Source of the DNA: the human T2T-CHM13v2.0 reference genome, Homo sapiens
Length of the DNA: 64,000 nt
Direction: 5' to 3' (one strand)
Assembly (NCBI RefSeq): GCF_009914755.1
Contig: NC_060929.1
Numbering within the stretch: position 1 is the stretch's first letter; each line of letters begins with the position of its first letter. A model generated the notes under the pieces. The model made no database searches, had not been told where the DNA came from, and saw only the letters and a list, made by a program, of their open reading frames with translations. Shown here piece after piece: positions 27,909 through 42,252 of this stretch. Both the position numbers and the translations under genes were made by a program.

Positions 27909-28350
27909 TGTGTGGATTGAATTGTGCCCCCTATAAGACATGTCCAATTGCTAACCCCCAGCACCAGTGAATGTGAGCTTATTTGAAAATAAGGGTTTTG
28001 CAGAAATACTCAAGTTAGCATGAGGTCATACTGGATTAGAATGGGCCCTAAATCCAGTGACTGGTGCCCTTATAACACAAGGAGAGAACACAGAAAGACA
28101 TACACAAAAGGCACATGGAAATTGGAGTGATGCAGCTATAAGCCAAGCAAGGCCAAGGACTATGAGCAACCCCAGAAACTACACAGAGTTAGGGGAAGGA
28201 TTCTTCTAGAGCTTTCAGAGGAGCATACCCCTGCCAACACCTTGATTTTGGACTTCTTTTAGTCTCTAGAACAGTGAGGGACTATATTTCTGTTGTCATA
28301 AGCCATCCAGTTTGTGGCAATTGTTACAGCAGCCCAAAGAAACTAATGCA
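27909..28350 (+). mobile_element. MLT1C-like solo LTR
   Basis: ATGAGGTCATACTGGATTAG, GGAGTGATGCAGCTATAAGCCAAG; ends GAAACTAATGCA. Confidence 0.85.
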
Positions 28351-28405
28351 GCCCTATATATGAAAAATATGGTAATAACCTTACATTTTTTTTCAAGGAG
28401 AAATA

Positions 28406-28645
28406 AATATAGTAGCTTAGAACACAGATTCTGAAACCAAACTTACTGGGTTTAAATCCCATCTCTGCCAGTTACTAGCTATATGAAATTGAGCAACTTA
28501 ACCTCTCTCTTTCTCAATTCCTTCATCTTTAAGTGGGGATAATAAAAGCGTATAGATTATAGGGTTGTTATGAGTATTTTAAAAGTTAATATTTGTATAG
28601 AACTTAGAACAGGACCCTGCACATATTAAATGCTATATAAGTGCA
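28406..28645 (+). mobile_element. MIR SINE
   Basis: CTGGGTTTAAATCCCATCTCTGCCAGTTACTAGCT core and CTTAGAACAG 3' motif. Confidence 0.8.
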
Positions 28646-29227
28646 TAAGTGCTTTTTCATTTGGTAGGGTCTTTCCAATATATTCCCTCATAGCCACCCC
28701 TGAAAAATGTTTTTCCACCACAAAATCTTACCTTTGTTTGCCTATTACCCCTTCGGTAATTTCTCTTAACATTAAACTCTATCAAACTTAGAGTTAACTA
28801 ATCTTGAAACAAATTTATGACATGTTCCTGCTATTTAATTATTGCAAAAAATAAGCAGAAATGTATTTATTTGTTGAGTGTTTATCAAGCATCTACTGCA
28901 CACCAATTTTTGTGTTTGAAAAAAATAAATTCATACTCTATAATAATAGAGTCTATAGTCTAGTGGAAATATTGAATGTTGGAGTAATTCACTATATACA
29001 TTCTCCTTTGATATGAATACTTACTTGAATTACTGGAAGCAGAAACATTAAAATTTATAGAATTCAACATTATTTGAAACTTTGATTGCATTTTGTATTT
29101 GCAAACACGTCTTCCATCTTTTCACATCCTACACCTTGCATTTTGCTACTCCTCAGATCCTGTTTCAGGAGGATATGCCACTCTTATTTACAGAGAGGAA
29201 CTGGATTCTTGGCTTAGACCAAATGTA

Positions 29228-29556
29228 AAGGAGTCTCCCCTTATCTGTGGGGTCACTTTTCTGAGTTTTCACTTACCTGTGGTCAACACAATCCGAAAAT
29301 AGGGAGAACAGTACAACAAGATATTTTGAGAGAGAACACATTTATATAACTTTAATTACAGTACATTGTTATAATTTTCTATTTTCTTCTTTGATATTGT
29401 TAATCTCTTACTGTGCTTAATTTATAAATTAAACCTTATCATATGTATGTACATTTAGGGAAAACATGGTGTATCTAGGGTTCGGTACTACTTGCAGTTT
29501 CAGGCATCCACTGGAGATCTTAGAAGGTATCCCCTGTGGATAAGGGGGGATTACTA
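29228..29556 (+). mobile_element. MER44A-like MITE (TcMar-Tigger)
   Basis: TIRs AGTCTCCCCTTATCTG and GGATAAGGGGGGATTACT; TA dinucleotides on both flanks; MER44 internal motifs. Confidence 0.85.
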
Positions 29557-31459
29557 TACTATCATTTCTTATCAGTTTGATATTCAATGGTTTCTCTTTG
29601 AGATGCTAAAATGTTAAATGAGTTTTTGCATATTAATTAAGTCTAGCCACACAAATCAGAAGAAACTAGGAATGGGACACATGGAAATAGGTGACACCTG
29701 CCCCAGCTTTCTATCTGGTATATTCCTTATTTTTAGATATGAAAATATCTTTTTTTGTGTCAGGACCACTGATTAGCAATGACACAAAAAATTAGAGCTT
29801 TTAGTGATCACTGAAGTTATTTCAGTATGCTTTGACTAAGGATTTGTGTCCCTCCCCAGTGAATTTGGGGAGGGATGGTCCCTTCTGTCCGTTTGTTTAA
29901 TACCCCACATTTCTCTGAGAAGTCCTATCATTTTGATCATTTCTAATTTAAACGGAAGGACACCCTTTGTGCATTCTTTTCTCGTTGCTGTTTCCAACAG
30001 CAGTGGTTTAAATGGGAAGGCTGAGACTATAGATTCCACCACATCACTTGAAATGCCAACTTGGCAGTAATCATTTTATTCTTTTTAGTTCAGAACATGT
30101 ATTTTAAAAATGAATGGGTATTGACTAGTTAACAACTAGAGATTTTTTTTCCAGGAAACAATTTCCTAGACTTTAAACCAAAATTTGGAGCTCAAGAAAC
30201 ACTAAAGAAGACAGTACTCTATGTAAAGTAGTTATTAATTGGGGTTTCACTGTAGGTCTATATGCAAATCTTAACTTTTAACCAAAAAATATATAACAAT
30301 ATAAAGTGCAAAAAGTTTAAGCTTTACACAGAAAATGTATGATACAAAATCACTTTTAACTTAAAAGGCAGTTTAAAGTTTATCTGTGAAGAAAGAGAAA
30401 CATTTTGTACATAAATCCTCCCAGTTTTCATTGACAATGATGGTGTTATTTAAGCATCCCTGTAATTAAATGTCACTTTAAAAATAATGGACGTGTCAGG
30501 GTATCTTTTTAAATGGAAAAAAAGTATATTTTTGTAGTATTAACAGAAGTAATACTCAACCAAGATTTCCCAAATTACAGAATAAAATTAATATCTTCTT
30601 TTTTTCCCCCAGCAGTGATCTCTTTTCTATGATTCCTTTTCTGTGAACATTCAGGACTATCTGAACGAAATGGGACCCCCATCTCCTGCCACTTCTGGAG
30701 AACAAACAACCCACTCAAAACCATTTACCCATCATCACTGTCCAGATCATTGCACAGGGTGGGTTTATATGATATGCCCACTCTGAAAATGTGGCTAAGT
30801 ATTCCAATCATAGCTGTTGCCAGTGTTTCCCACCATTGCTGTATACTCTTAGTAAATGGTAGTTGTTAAAAATATAAAATAGGCTTGCTTCATGAGAAGA
30901 AGAAAGTACTTTCTCTTGTAAAGTTCCTTTAAGCATTGGCATAGTAAGTGTTCCTTTTCTCATTGATACCATAGTTTTTTTACTGTGTTTTGTTTTGCTT
31001 TCTTCAGATTTTAAAGGAAAAATAAGGTGATGTTGCTGATTTTCAGAAATATTTTCAGCTTCAGATATCTGTGATAAAAATGAGAAAAAAGAAGTGGATG
31101 TTCTGTCAGAAGGTATTGGTGAGATAGGAGACCCAGAATTGGGAGAAGCAGCTTAGATGGAGAGCAACTTAAATGGGAGAAGTGATGAACATGCGTGAGA
31201 AAAAAGTGACTCTGCTCCCTTTGTGATCGGGGCGAACATGACTAACTGATCCAGGAATTTGTTTCATTTGGTCACGAATGGGCTTTGCAAATCCTTCCTA
31301 ATGACATGACAGTGTCACCTACTGGCAAAGCAGGACCCTATGAGGCATCTAAAGGGAGATTTAGCCAGATATGTTGTTTATCAGAAGCCAGGTACTTCCT
31401 CCACTTTTCATCCTCCCTACTTTTCCTTTCTACAGAAATGATTTTTTTTCAGGACAGTA

Positions 31460-31670
31460 ATTTAATAAACATACATACTTTGTGCTCAGCACTCTACTAA
31501 ATGCTTTTATATACATTATTTCATTCTACATTCACCAAAGTGTAAAGAGATAGGTGCATTTCCATTTTCTAGATGAGGCTCAGAGAGGTAAAACAACTTA
31601 AACAGACAGAAAGTTGTAGAATTAAGAATGATACATGTTAGACTCCAGAAAGCATGCTCTTTAGCTCTGT
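31460..31670 (-). mobile_element. MIR SINE
   Basis: GCACTCTACTAAATGCTTT...CCATTTTCTAGATGAGGCTCAGAGAGGT...GACTCCAGA. Confidence 0.7.
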
Positions 31671-32112
31671 AATAGATCATTCTGTCTCTTCAGTTTAAAT
31701 GCAAGGGACATTAATACCTCTCTAGAATTTTACTCAATTCTATTGTCTTCCTCCTAATTTACTTCTTAACTACCTAATTCTTGAAACGGATTAGAAGCAG
31801 ATGTAAAGAAGTGTCCTTATTTTCTTCTAGGTATGTCTTTGCATTATTGAAGTGTATCTCATTCTTTAGATTGCCTAGTCTTAAAGTCCAGGTGGCTAAG
31901 TTTATTCAAGCAATTAATTGGTTGATTGAGAGGTAAAATACTATAAAACTGATTGATTGACTAGCATGACAAGACTCCGTATAAAAGTGGATGTATTTGT
32001 TCATCCATTACCTATTTCTTAACATTTTCTAGAAAATTAAGTAGCTACAATATACAAAAATAGAATATAGCATAAATATAAATTAAAAGATGTAATAATG
32101 AATCTACTTTTA

Positions 32113-32265
32113 CCAGGTGTAGTCCCAGCTACTTGGAAGGCTGAGGCAAGAGGATCACTTGAGACGTTCAAGGCTGTAGTGCACCATGATTGCCCCTTGT
32201 GAATAGCCACTGAACTCCAGCCTGAGCAACAAAGTGAGACCTCATCTGTAAACAAACAAACAAAA
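32113..32265 (+). mobile_element. FAM (fossil Alu monomer)
   Basis: Monomer retaining the 7SL-derived TGTGAATAGCCACTG segment; (AAAC)n tail. Confidence 0.8.
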
Positions 32266-33759
32266 CTGCTCCTGAATTTCAATGTCAATTTATTGTAGAA
32301 ATCTTAAAAACTTAATCCTCCTAAAATAATGCTGTTTTTAGGGGCAACACATAATTGTGTACAATTTCATGTTTCTTTTGAAGTGATAATTAAAAATAAT
32401 TGAAACAGTTATTAAAGAATAAAGACATTGTGACAAAGAAATGACCGGGAACCACATAAAGCAAGATATTTTGTACTTTCAAATAATGCTGATTTTTAGG
32501 GCTAACAAGTTTCAGTAGTAGCTTAATAAATATACATTAAGAAATGCCCTTTCTGAATTCCATTTTATGATGTTCAAGTACAAAAAATATTCATCCATTG
32601 CGACTTTGAACTGTGAAATGGTCAATGAAGAGGTGAGCGGCACTTAACTTGAAGCTAATGTCTCATCGAATTGTTCGAACTTCACTCCTTGGTCATAAGG
32701 TTTTCCAGATCCAGAGCAAGGTAGCCATATGGCATTGATATTCGAAATACAAAGCCAAGTATCGGTTTTAAAAACAGTATTATTGATTTTTTTCTTCTTT
32801 TCCAATTTTCTCTTTTTGAAATTGTGCTGCTACAAATTTGAATTTTAAAATGTCTTATTTTTCAAATTTGTATTGTTTCATCTATTGAATGGTTTTTACT
32901 TTAAGGAAGTTCAGAAAGTTTTTATGTTCTCAGCCATTCTTTTTTATAGAAAATATCTTAAAAACTGAAAAGCCTCTGAAAGGCTCAGGTGAACGAAAAT
33001 AGAAAAAAAAGTATCTATCTCACTCTTCTTTTTAATTCCTCTTTAATGCTTCCCTTACAAATATATTGGAAAGAAAACTATTTAGGTGGTACAAGGCTTC
33101 TCCCTGGTTTCATTTTTCTTGCTCGTATATACAATTAATTATTTGTGGCAGCATTATTTTTACTTTGGAGCCCTGATTTCCCACAATTATTGGTCTGATG
33201 GAGCTCAGACCTGTGTTTCAGAGTTAAATACTCTTCCAAGAATTTCCACATTATAAAACTCCCCAACCAGCACTAAACTGTACACATAAAAATTGTAAAA
33301 ATGGTAAATTATATATGCATATTGTACCTTACAATTTTTTTTATAAAAAATAAAGATTTTTTTAAAAAAAACAAACAAATACCTCCTGCCCCACAAAAAA
33401 AATTTCTCACCCCATCCAAGTACCAGTCACTAGACTCTAACAAACAGTTCGGAATTCAACTGGTGTCCAAAAGGTTAACAACATTACCAAGGTGAAGGAA
33501 CCAAATCGGTATCATACACTGGAGCCATGGGGAAGCTTTTGGAACTAGGATTTCTGAGAACTTTTTACCATATACAGCAGGGAAATCTTTGTAAAAAGGA
33601 GGAAATTGGTATAGTATATTCTGCTGCTGGCACGAAACGTGTTTTTACCAAACTAAAGTATCCTGTAGTTCAAAAATGTTATCACAAGATTCCATTTGTG
33701 TATCTATTTAAAGTTTTGGTATATTTTCAATAAAAATTAATAAAAATATTTCTTCTCAT

Positions 33760-33819
33760 AATATGTGGTTTAAATCCAGATTATTTCACAATATGTGGTT
33801 TAAATCCAGATTATTTCAC
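33760..33819. repeat. Perfect 2 x 30-bp tandem duplication
   Basis: AATATGTGGTTTAAATCCAGATTATTTCAC occurs twice. Confidence 0.97.
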
Positions 33820-34746
33820 TGTAATATGTCTTGATAGAGTTTTAGAATATTGAAATAGGGTATTAAGATGCTTTAAATCGATTACTGATTTGAACATTGT
33901 AAGTGTATATTTCTATTTGTGTGTGTGTGTCATATTCAAATATGATTAATCATGTATGTTGGTGTGTGAACATATGCATATATAAAGCATTTTTATCAGC
34001 TGTTTCTGGCTTCATACCACAGAGAACAATCTGAACTGTCAAAGAAAATTAAACCTTGAGTAAGAATTCCTCAAGCTAGTGCATATCATTTGTTGTTTTC
34101 ATTTTCCTGAAATGAAAATATTAGCGTTGTTACTACCTGAATAGATTAAAAGACTAAAGAAAATTTGTTCATTAGAGATTTAAAAAAAGTGGCAGTGTTT
34201 GTAGAGTCAGGCATAGTACCAGCATGACATGGATCAAATTTGTCCCAATAATTTGAATTATTGTTATTATATTTGGGTGGTGTGTGTAGTTGGGGGGGGA
34301 GTGGTTGTTGTTTCATATTTTCCCTTAGGGGACATAAGTAAGTAAGTATTTACAGTAAACCCATAGTGAGTTCAGATGAAGCAAGAAAGGTAAGTATTTA
34401 TCTTCATAATTTCTTAGACCAGAAGAAGTAAAAGTTATTAAATACATAATTAAGCATCCATAAACAAACTAAATAATTACCTTTGTACCTTGTACTTATT
34501 ATGAAAGGTTTATAATATGTAACTCATATGATGTGAAGATTCTCTTTAGTCATTACATAAAATTACATTTTTGACACAGATAACCTACCTTCCTTCCCTC
34601 CTACCTTCTTTTTCCTCCCTTCCTCCCTCCTACCCTTCCTCACTTATTCTTTCACTCCCTTCTTTCCTCTTTCTGTTTAAATAAAAAGGTCTCATGATTT
34701 TTTCTGTGTAATTTTTGTTTTGTTTTCTTTAAAATTCCCTATTTTG

Positions 34747-35594
34747 CAATCCCATCAAAAAGTGGGCAAAGGACATGAATAGACCTTTCTCAAAAGAAGA
34801 TTAGACAACCAACCAATGAACACATTAAAAAATGTTCAACATCACTAATCATCAGGGAAATGCAAATTAAAACTGCAATGAGATACCACCTTACTCCTGC
34901 AAGAATGGACATAATTAAAAAGTCAAAAAACAATATATGTTGGCATGAATGTGGCTAAAGGGGAACACTTTTATACTGCTGGTGGGAATGTAAATTAATA
35001 CAACCACTATGGAAAACAGTATGGAGATTCCTTAAAGAACTAAAAGTAGAACTACCATTTGATCTGGCAATCTATCTCACCACTTGGTATCTACTTAAAG
35101 GAAAGAAAGTCATTATATATATGCAAAAGACACATGTAAATGCATGTTTATAGCTGCAGAATTCGCAATTGCAAAGATATGGAACCAACTTAAGTGCCCA
35201 TCAACCAACAAGTGGATAAATAAAATGGTATATATAGACCACGGAATGCTACTCACCCATAAAAACGAATGAAACAATATCTTTTGCAGCAACTTGGATG
35301 GAGATGGAGGCCATTATTCTAAGTGAAATAATTAAAGAATAGAAAACCAAATATTGTATGTTTTCAGTTACAAGTGCAAGCTAACTATGAGGATGCAAAT
35401 GCATAAGGAACATTTAATAGACTTTGGATACTTGGCAGGGAAGGTTGTGAGGCAGGTGAGGGATAAAAGACAACATACTGGGTACGGCATAGATGCTCAG
35501 GTGATCAGTGCAGTAAAATCTCAGAAATCACTGCCAAATAATTTATTCATCTAACCAAAAACCACCTGTACCCCAAAACTTTTGAGATTTTTAA
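34747..35594 (+). mobile_element. 5'-truncated L1PB1-like LINE
   Basis: ORF2 C-terminal region plus L1PB-type 3'UTR (GCTAACTATGAGGATGCAAA, GTGAGGGATAAAAGAC); perfect 16-bp TSD AAAATTCCCTATTTTG at 34731-34746 and 35595-35610, at a TTT/AAAA site. Confidence 0.9.
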
Positions 35595-35746
35595 AAAATT
35601 CCCTATTTTGGATACATTCTTTAACTTTCCAAGGAAAATAAATTTGCTTCCTGCATGACAAAACTATCAATTTTAATTGTAATTGAATATTTGTTAAGCA
35701 AAAATCTCTTGCAATTTTTGTCCACGTGAAACACTGCTTCCATATC

Positions 35747-35788
35747 TCAGATGAGATCGGGCACATTCAGGGTGGTATGGCTGTAGGC
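35747..35788 (-). pseudogene. 5S rRNA retropseudogene (nt 1-42 only, tailless)
   Basis: Reverse complement GCCTACAGCCATACCACCCTGAATGTGCCCGATCTCATCTGA matches the 5S 5' end, with mostly CpG-decay changes; 11-bp TSD TGCTTCCATAT. Confidence 0.93.
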
Positions 35789-36515
35789 TGCTTCCATATT
35801 TCAAACTGGAGATCATTAAAAGTTACAGTTTATGATGCTGTTATCTCTGATACCATCTGGATAATACCTGGCAGTATAAAAAGCCTGAGCGTATATATCA
35901 ATTAAGGCTATTTTCTCATTCCAGTAGGTCTTAGTGAAACTCCATGTGGAAATGAGTCTATACAAGGAAAGAAACTTGTTCAAATTTGAAGGGGGACAAC
36001 AGACAGCAAGTGAAGTATGCAGGAGTTTTATGGAATGTGAGCTGAGGAATAGCTAATAAAATTATGCCTGCATGACTTCGTATGAGAGGAGGGTCAAGGA
36101 AGGTGAATGTTAAATTGACAAAGGAAATATTTCAAGGAAAATTGCAGACTTAAATGGACTCACCCTTTCTCATAACTGAGACCTAGAAGCTTAGTGTGTT
36201 AAACTCAGCTCTGGAGACTTTATTCATGAAAGCAAGTTTTGAGACAGGATAGAATAGGTTATTTGGGTCCCTGAACTTGAATTGAATTGCCTAGGAAGAA
36301 TAATTTTTTAAAAAGCTTGAGAAGGAGGGGGTGGAGAAAAGAAGGCTGAATAGGAACAGCTCCAGTCTACAGCTCCCACTGTGAGCGATGCAAAAGACAA
36401 ACGATTTCTGCATTTCTGACTGAGGTACCAAGTGCATCTCACTGGGGATTGTCAGACAGTGGGTGCATCACAGTGGGTGCAGTGCACTGAGCCTGAGGTG
36501 GAGCAGAGCGAGGCA

Positions 36516-36779
36516 TCACCTCACCCGGGAAGCACAAGGGGTCGGGGAATTCCCTTTCCTAGCCAAAGAGAGAGGTGACTGACAGCACCTGGAAAATTGG
36601 GTCACTCCGACCCTAATACTGTGCTTTTCCGATGGTCTTAGCAAATGACACACCAGGAGATTATACCACATGCCTGGCTCAGAGGGTCCTACACCCATGG
36701 AGCCTCACTCATTGCTACCACAGCAGTCTGAGATCAAACTGCAAGGCAGCAGCGAGGCTGGGTGTGGGGTGCCCACCAT
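36516..36779 (-). pseudogene. L1 ORF0 remnant
   Basis: MVGTPHPASLLPCSLISDCCGSNE*GSMGVGPSEPG... resembles ORF0 (MAGAPPPASLPPCSLISDCC...); in-frame TGA at 36705-36707. Confidence 0.8.
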
Positions 36780-37354
36780 TGCCAAGGCTTGAGTAGATAA
36801 ACAAAGCGGCTGGGAAGCTCGAACTGGGTGGAGCCCACTGCAGCTCAAAGAGGCCTGCCTGCCTCTGTAGACTCCACCTCTGTGGGCAGGGCATAGCCAA
36901 ACAAAAGGCAGCAGAAACCTCTGCAGACTTGAATGTCCCTGTCTGACAGCTTTGAAGAGAGTAGTGGTTCTTCCAGCATGCAGCTTGAGATCTGAGAACA
37001 GACAGACTGCATCCTCAAGTGGGTCCCTGAACCCCAAGTAGCCTAACTGGGAGGCACCCTCCAGTAGGGACAGAATGACACCTTACATGGCCATGTACTC
37101 CTCTGAGACAAAACTTCCAGAGGAACGATCAGGCAGCAACATTTACTGTTCACCAATATCCACTGTTCTGCAGCCTCCACTGCTGATACCCAGGCAAAGA
37201 GGGTCTGCAGTGGACGTCCGGCAAACTCCAACAGACCTGCAGCTGAGGGTCCTGACTGTTAGAAGGAAAACTAACAAACAGAAAGGACATCCACACCAAA
37301 ACCACATCTGTACATAACCATCATCAAAGACTAAAAGTAGATAAAACCACAAAG

Positions 37355-38375
37355 ATGGGGAAAAAACAGAGCAGAAAAACCGAAAATTCGAAAAATCAGA
37401 GCGCCTCTCCTCCTCCAAAGGAATGCAGCTCCTCACCAGCAACGGAACAAAGCTGGATGGAGAATGACTTTGGCGAGTTGAGAGAAGAAGGCTTCAGATG
37501 ATCAAACTACTCTGAGCTAAAGGAGGAAGCTTGAACCCATGGCAAAGAAGTTAAAAACCTTGAGAAAAGATTAGATGAATGGCTAACTAGAATAACCAAT
37601 GCAGAGAAGTCCTTAAAGGACCTGATGGAGCTGAAAACCACTGCACGAGAACTACATGATTAATGCACAAGCCTCAGTAGCCGATTCGATCAACTGGAAG
37701 AAAGGGTATCTATCAGTAATGGAAGATCAAATGAATGAAATGAAATGAGAAGAGAAGTTTAGAGAAAAAAGAATAAAAAGAAACGAACAAAGTCTCCAAG
37801 AAATATGGGACTATGTGAAAAGACCAAATTGACGTCTAATTGGTGTACCTGAAAGTGAAGGGGAGAATGGAACCAAGTTGGAAAACACTCTGCAGGACAT
37901 TATCCAGGAGAACTTCCCCAATCTAGCAAGGCAGGCCAACATTCAAATTCAGGAAATACAGAGAATGCCACAAAGATACTCCTCCAGAAGAGCAACTCCA
38001 AGACACATAATTGTCAGATTCACCAAAGTTGAAATGAAGGAAAAAATGTTAAGGGCAGCCAGAGAGAAAGGTTGGGTTACCCACAAAGGGAAGCCCATCA
38101 GACTAACAGCTTATCTCTCAGCAGAAACACTACAAGCCAGAAGAGAGTAGGGGCCAATATTCAACATTCTTAATGAAAAGAATTTTCAACCCAGAATTTC
38201 ATATCCAGCCAAACTAAGCTTCATAAGTGAAGGAGAAATAAAATCCTTTACAGACAAGCAAATGCTGAGAGATTTTGTCACCACCAGGCCTGCCCTAAAA
38301 GAGCTCCTGAAGGAAGCACTAAACATAGAAAGGAACAACCAGTACCAGCCACTGCAAAAACATGCCAAATTGTAA
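37355..38375 (+). pseudogene. L1 ORF1p, disrupted
   Basis: MGKKQSRK start; first stop TGA at 37499-37501; TATC duplication frameshift near 37710; fragment ENTLQDIIQENFPNLARQANIQIQE. Confidence 0.95.
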
Positions 38376-38438
38376 AGACCATCAAGGCTAGGAAGAAACT
38401 GCATCAACTAACGAGCAAAATAACCAGCTAATATCATA

Positions 38439-42252
<3,814 letters not shown>

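Noticed and set aside
31008-31111. Possible plus-strand exon with a good pyrimidine tract
   Set aside because: Stops in all frames from the main acceptor, weak donor (GTATTG), no recognisable peptide
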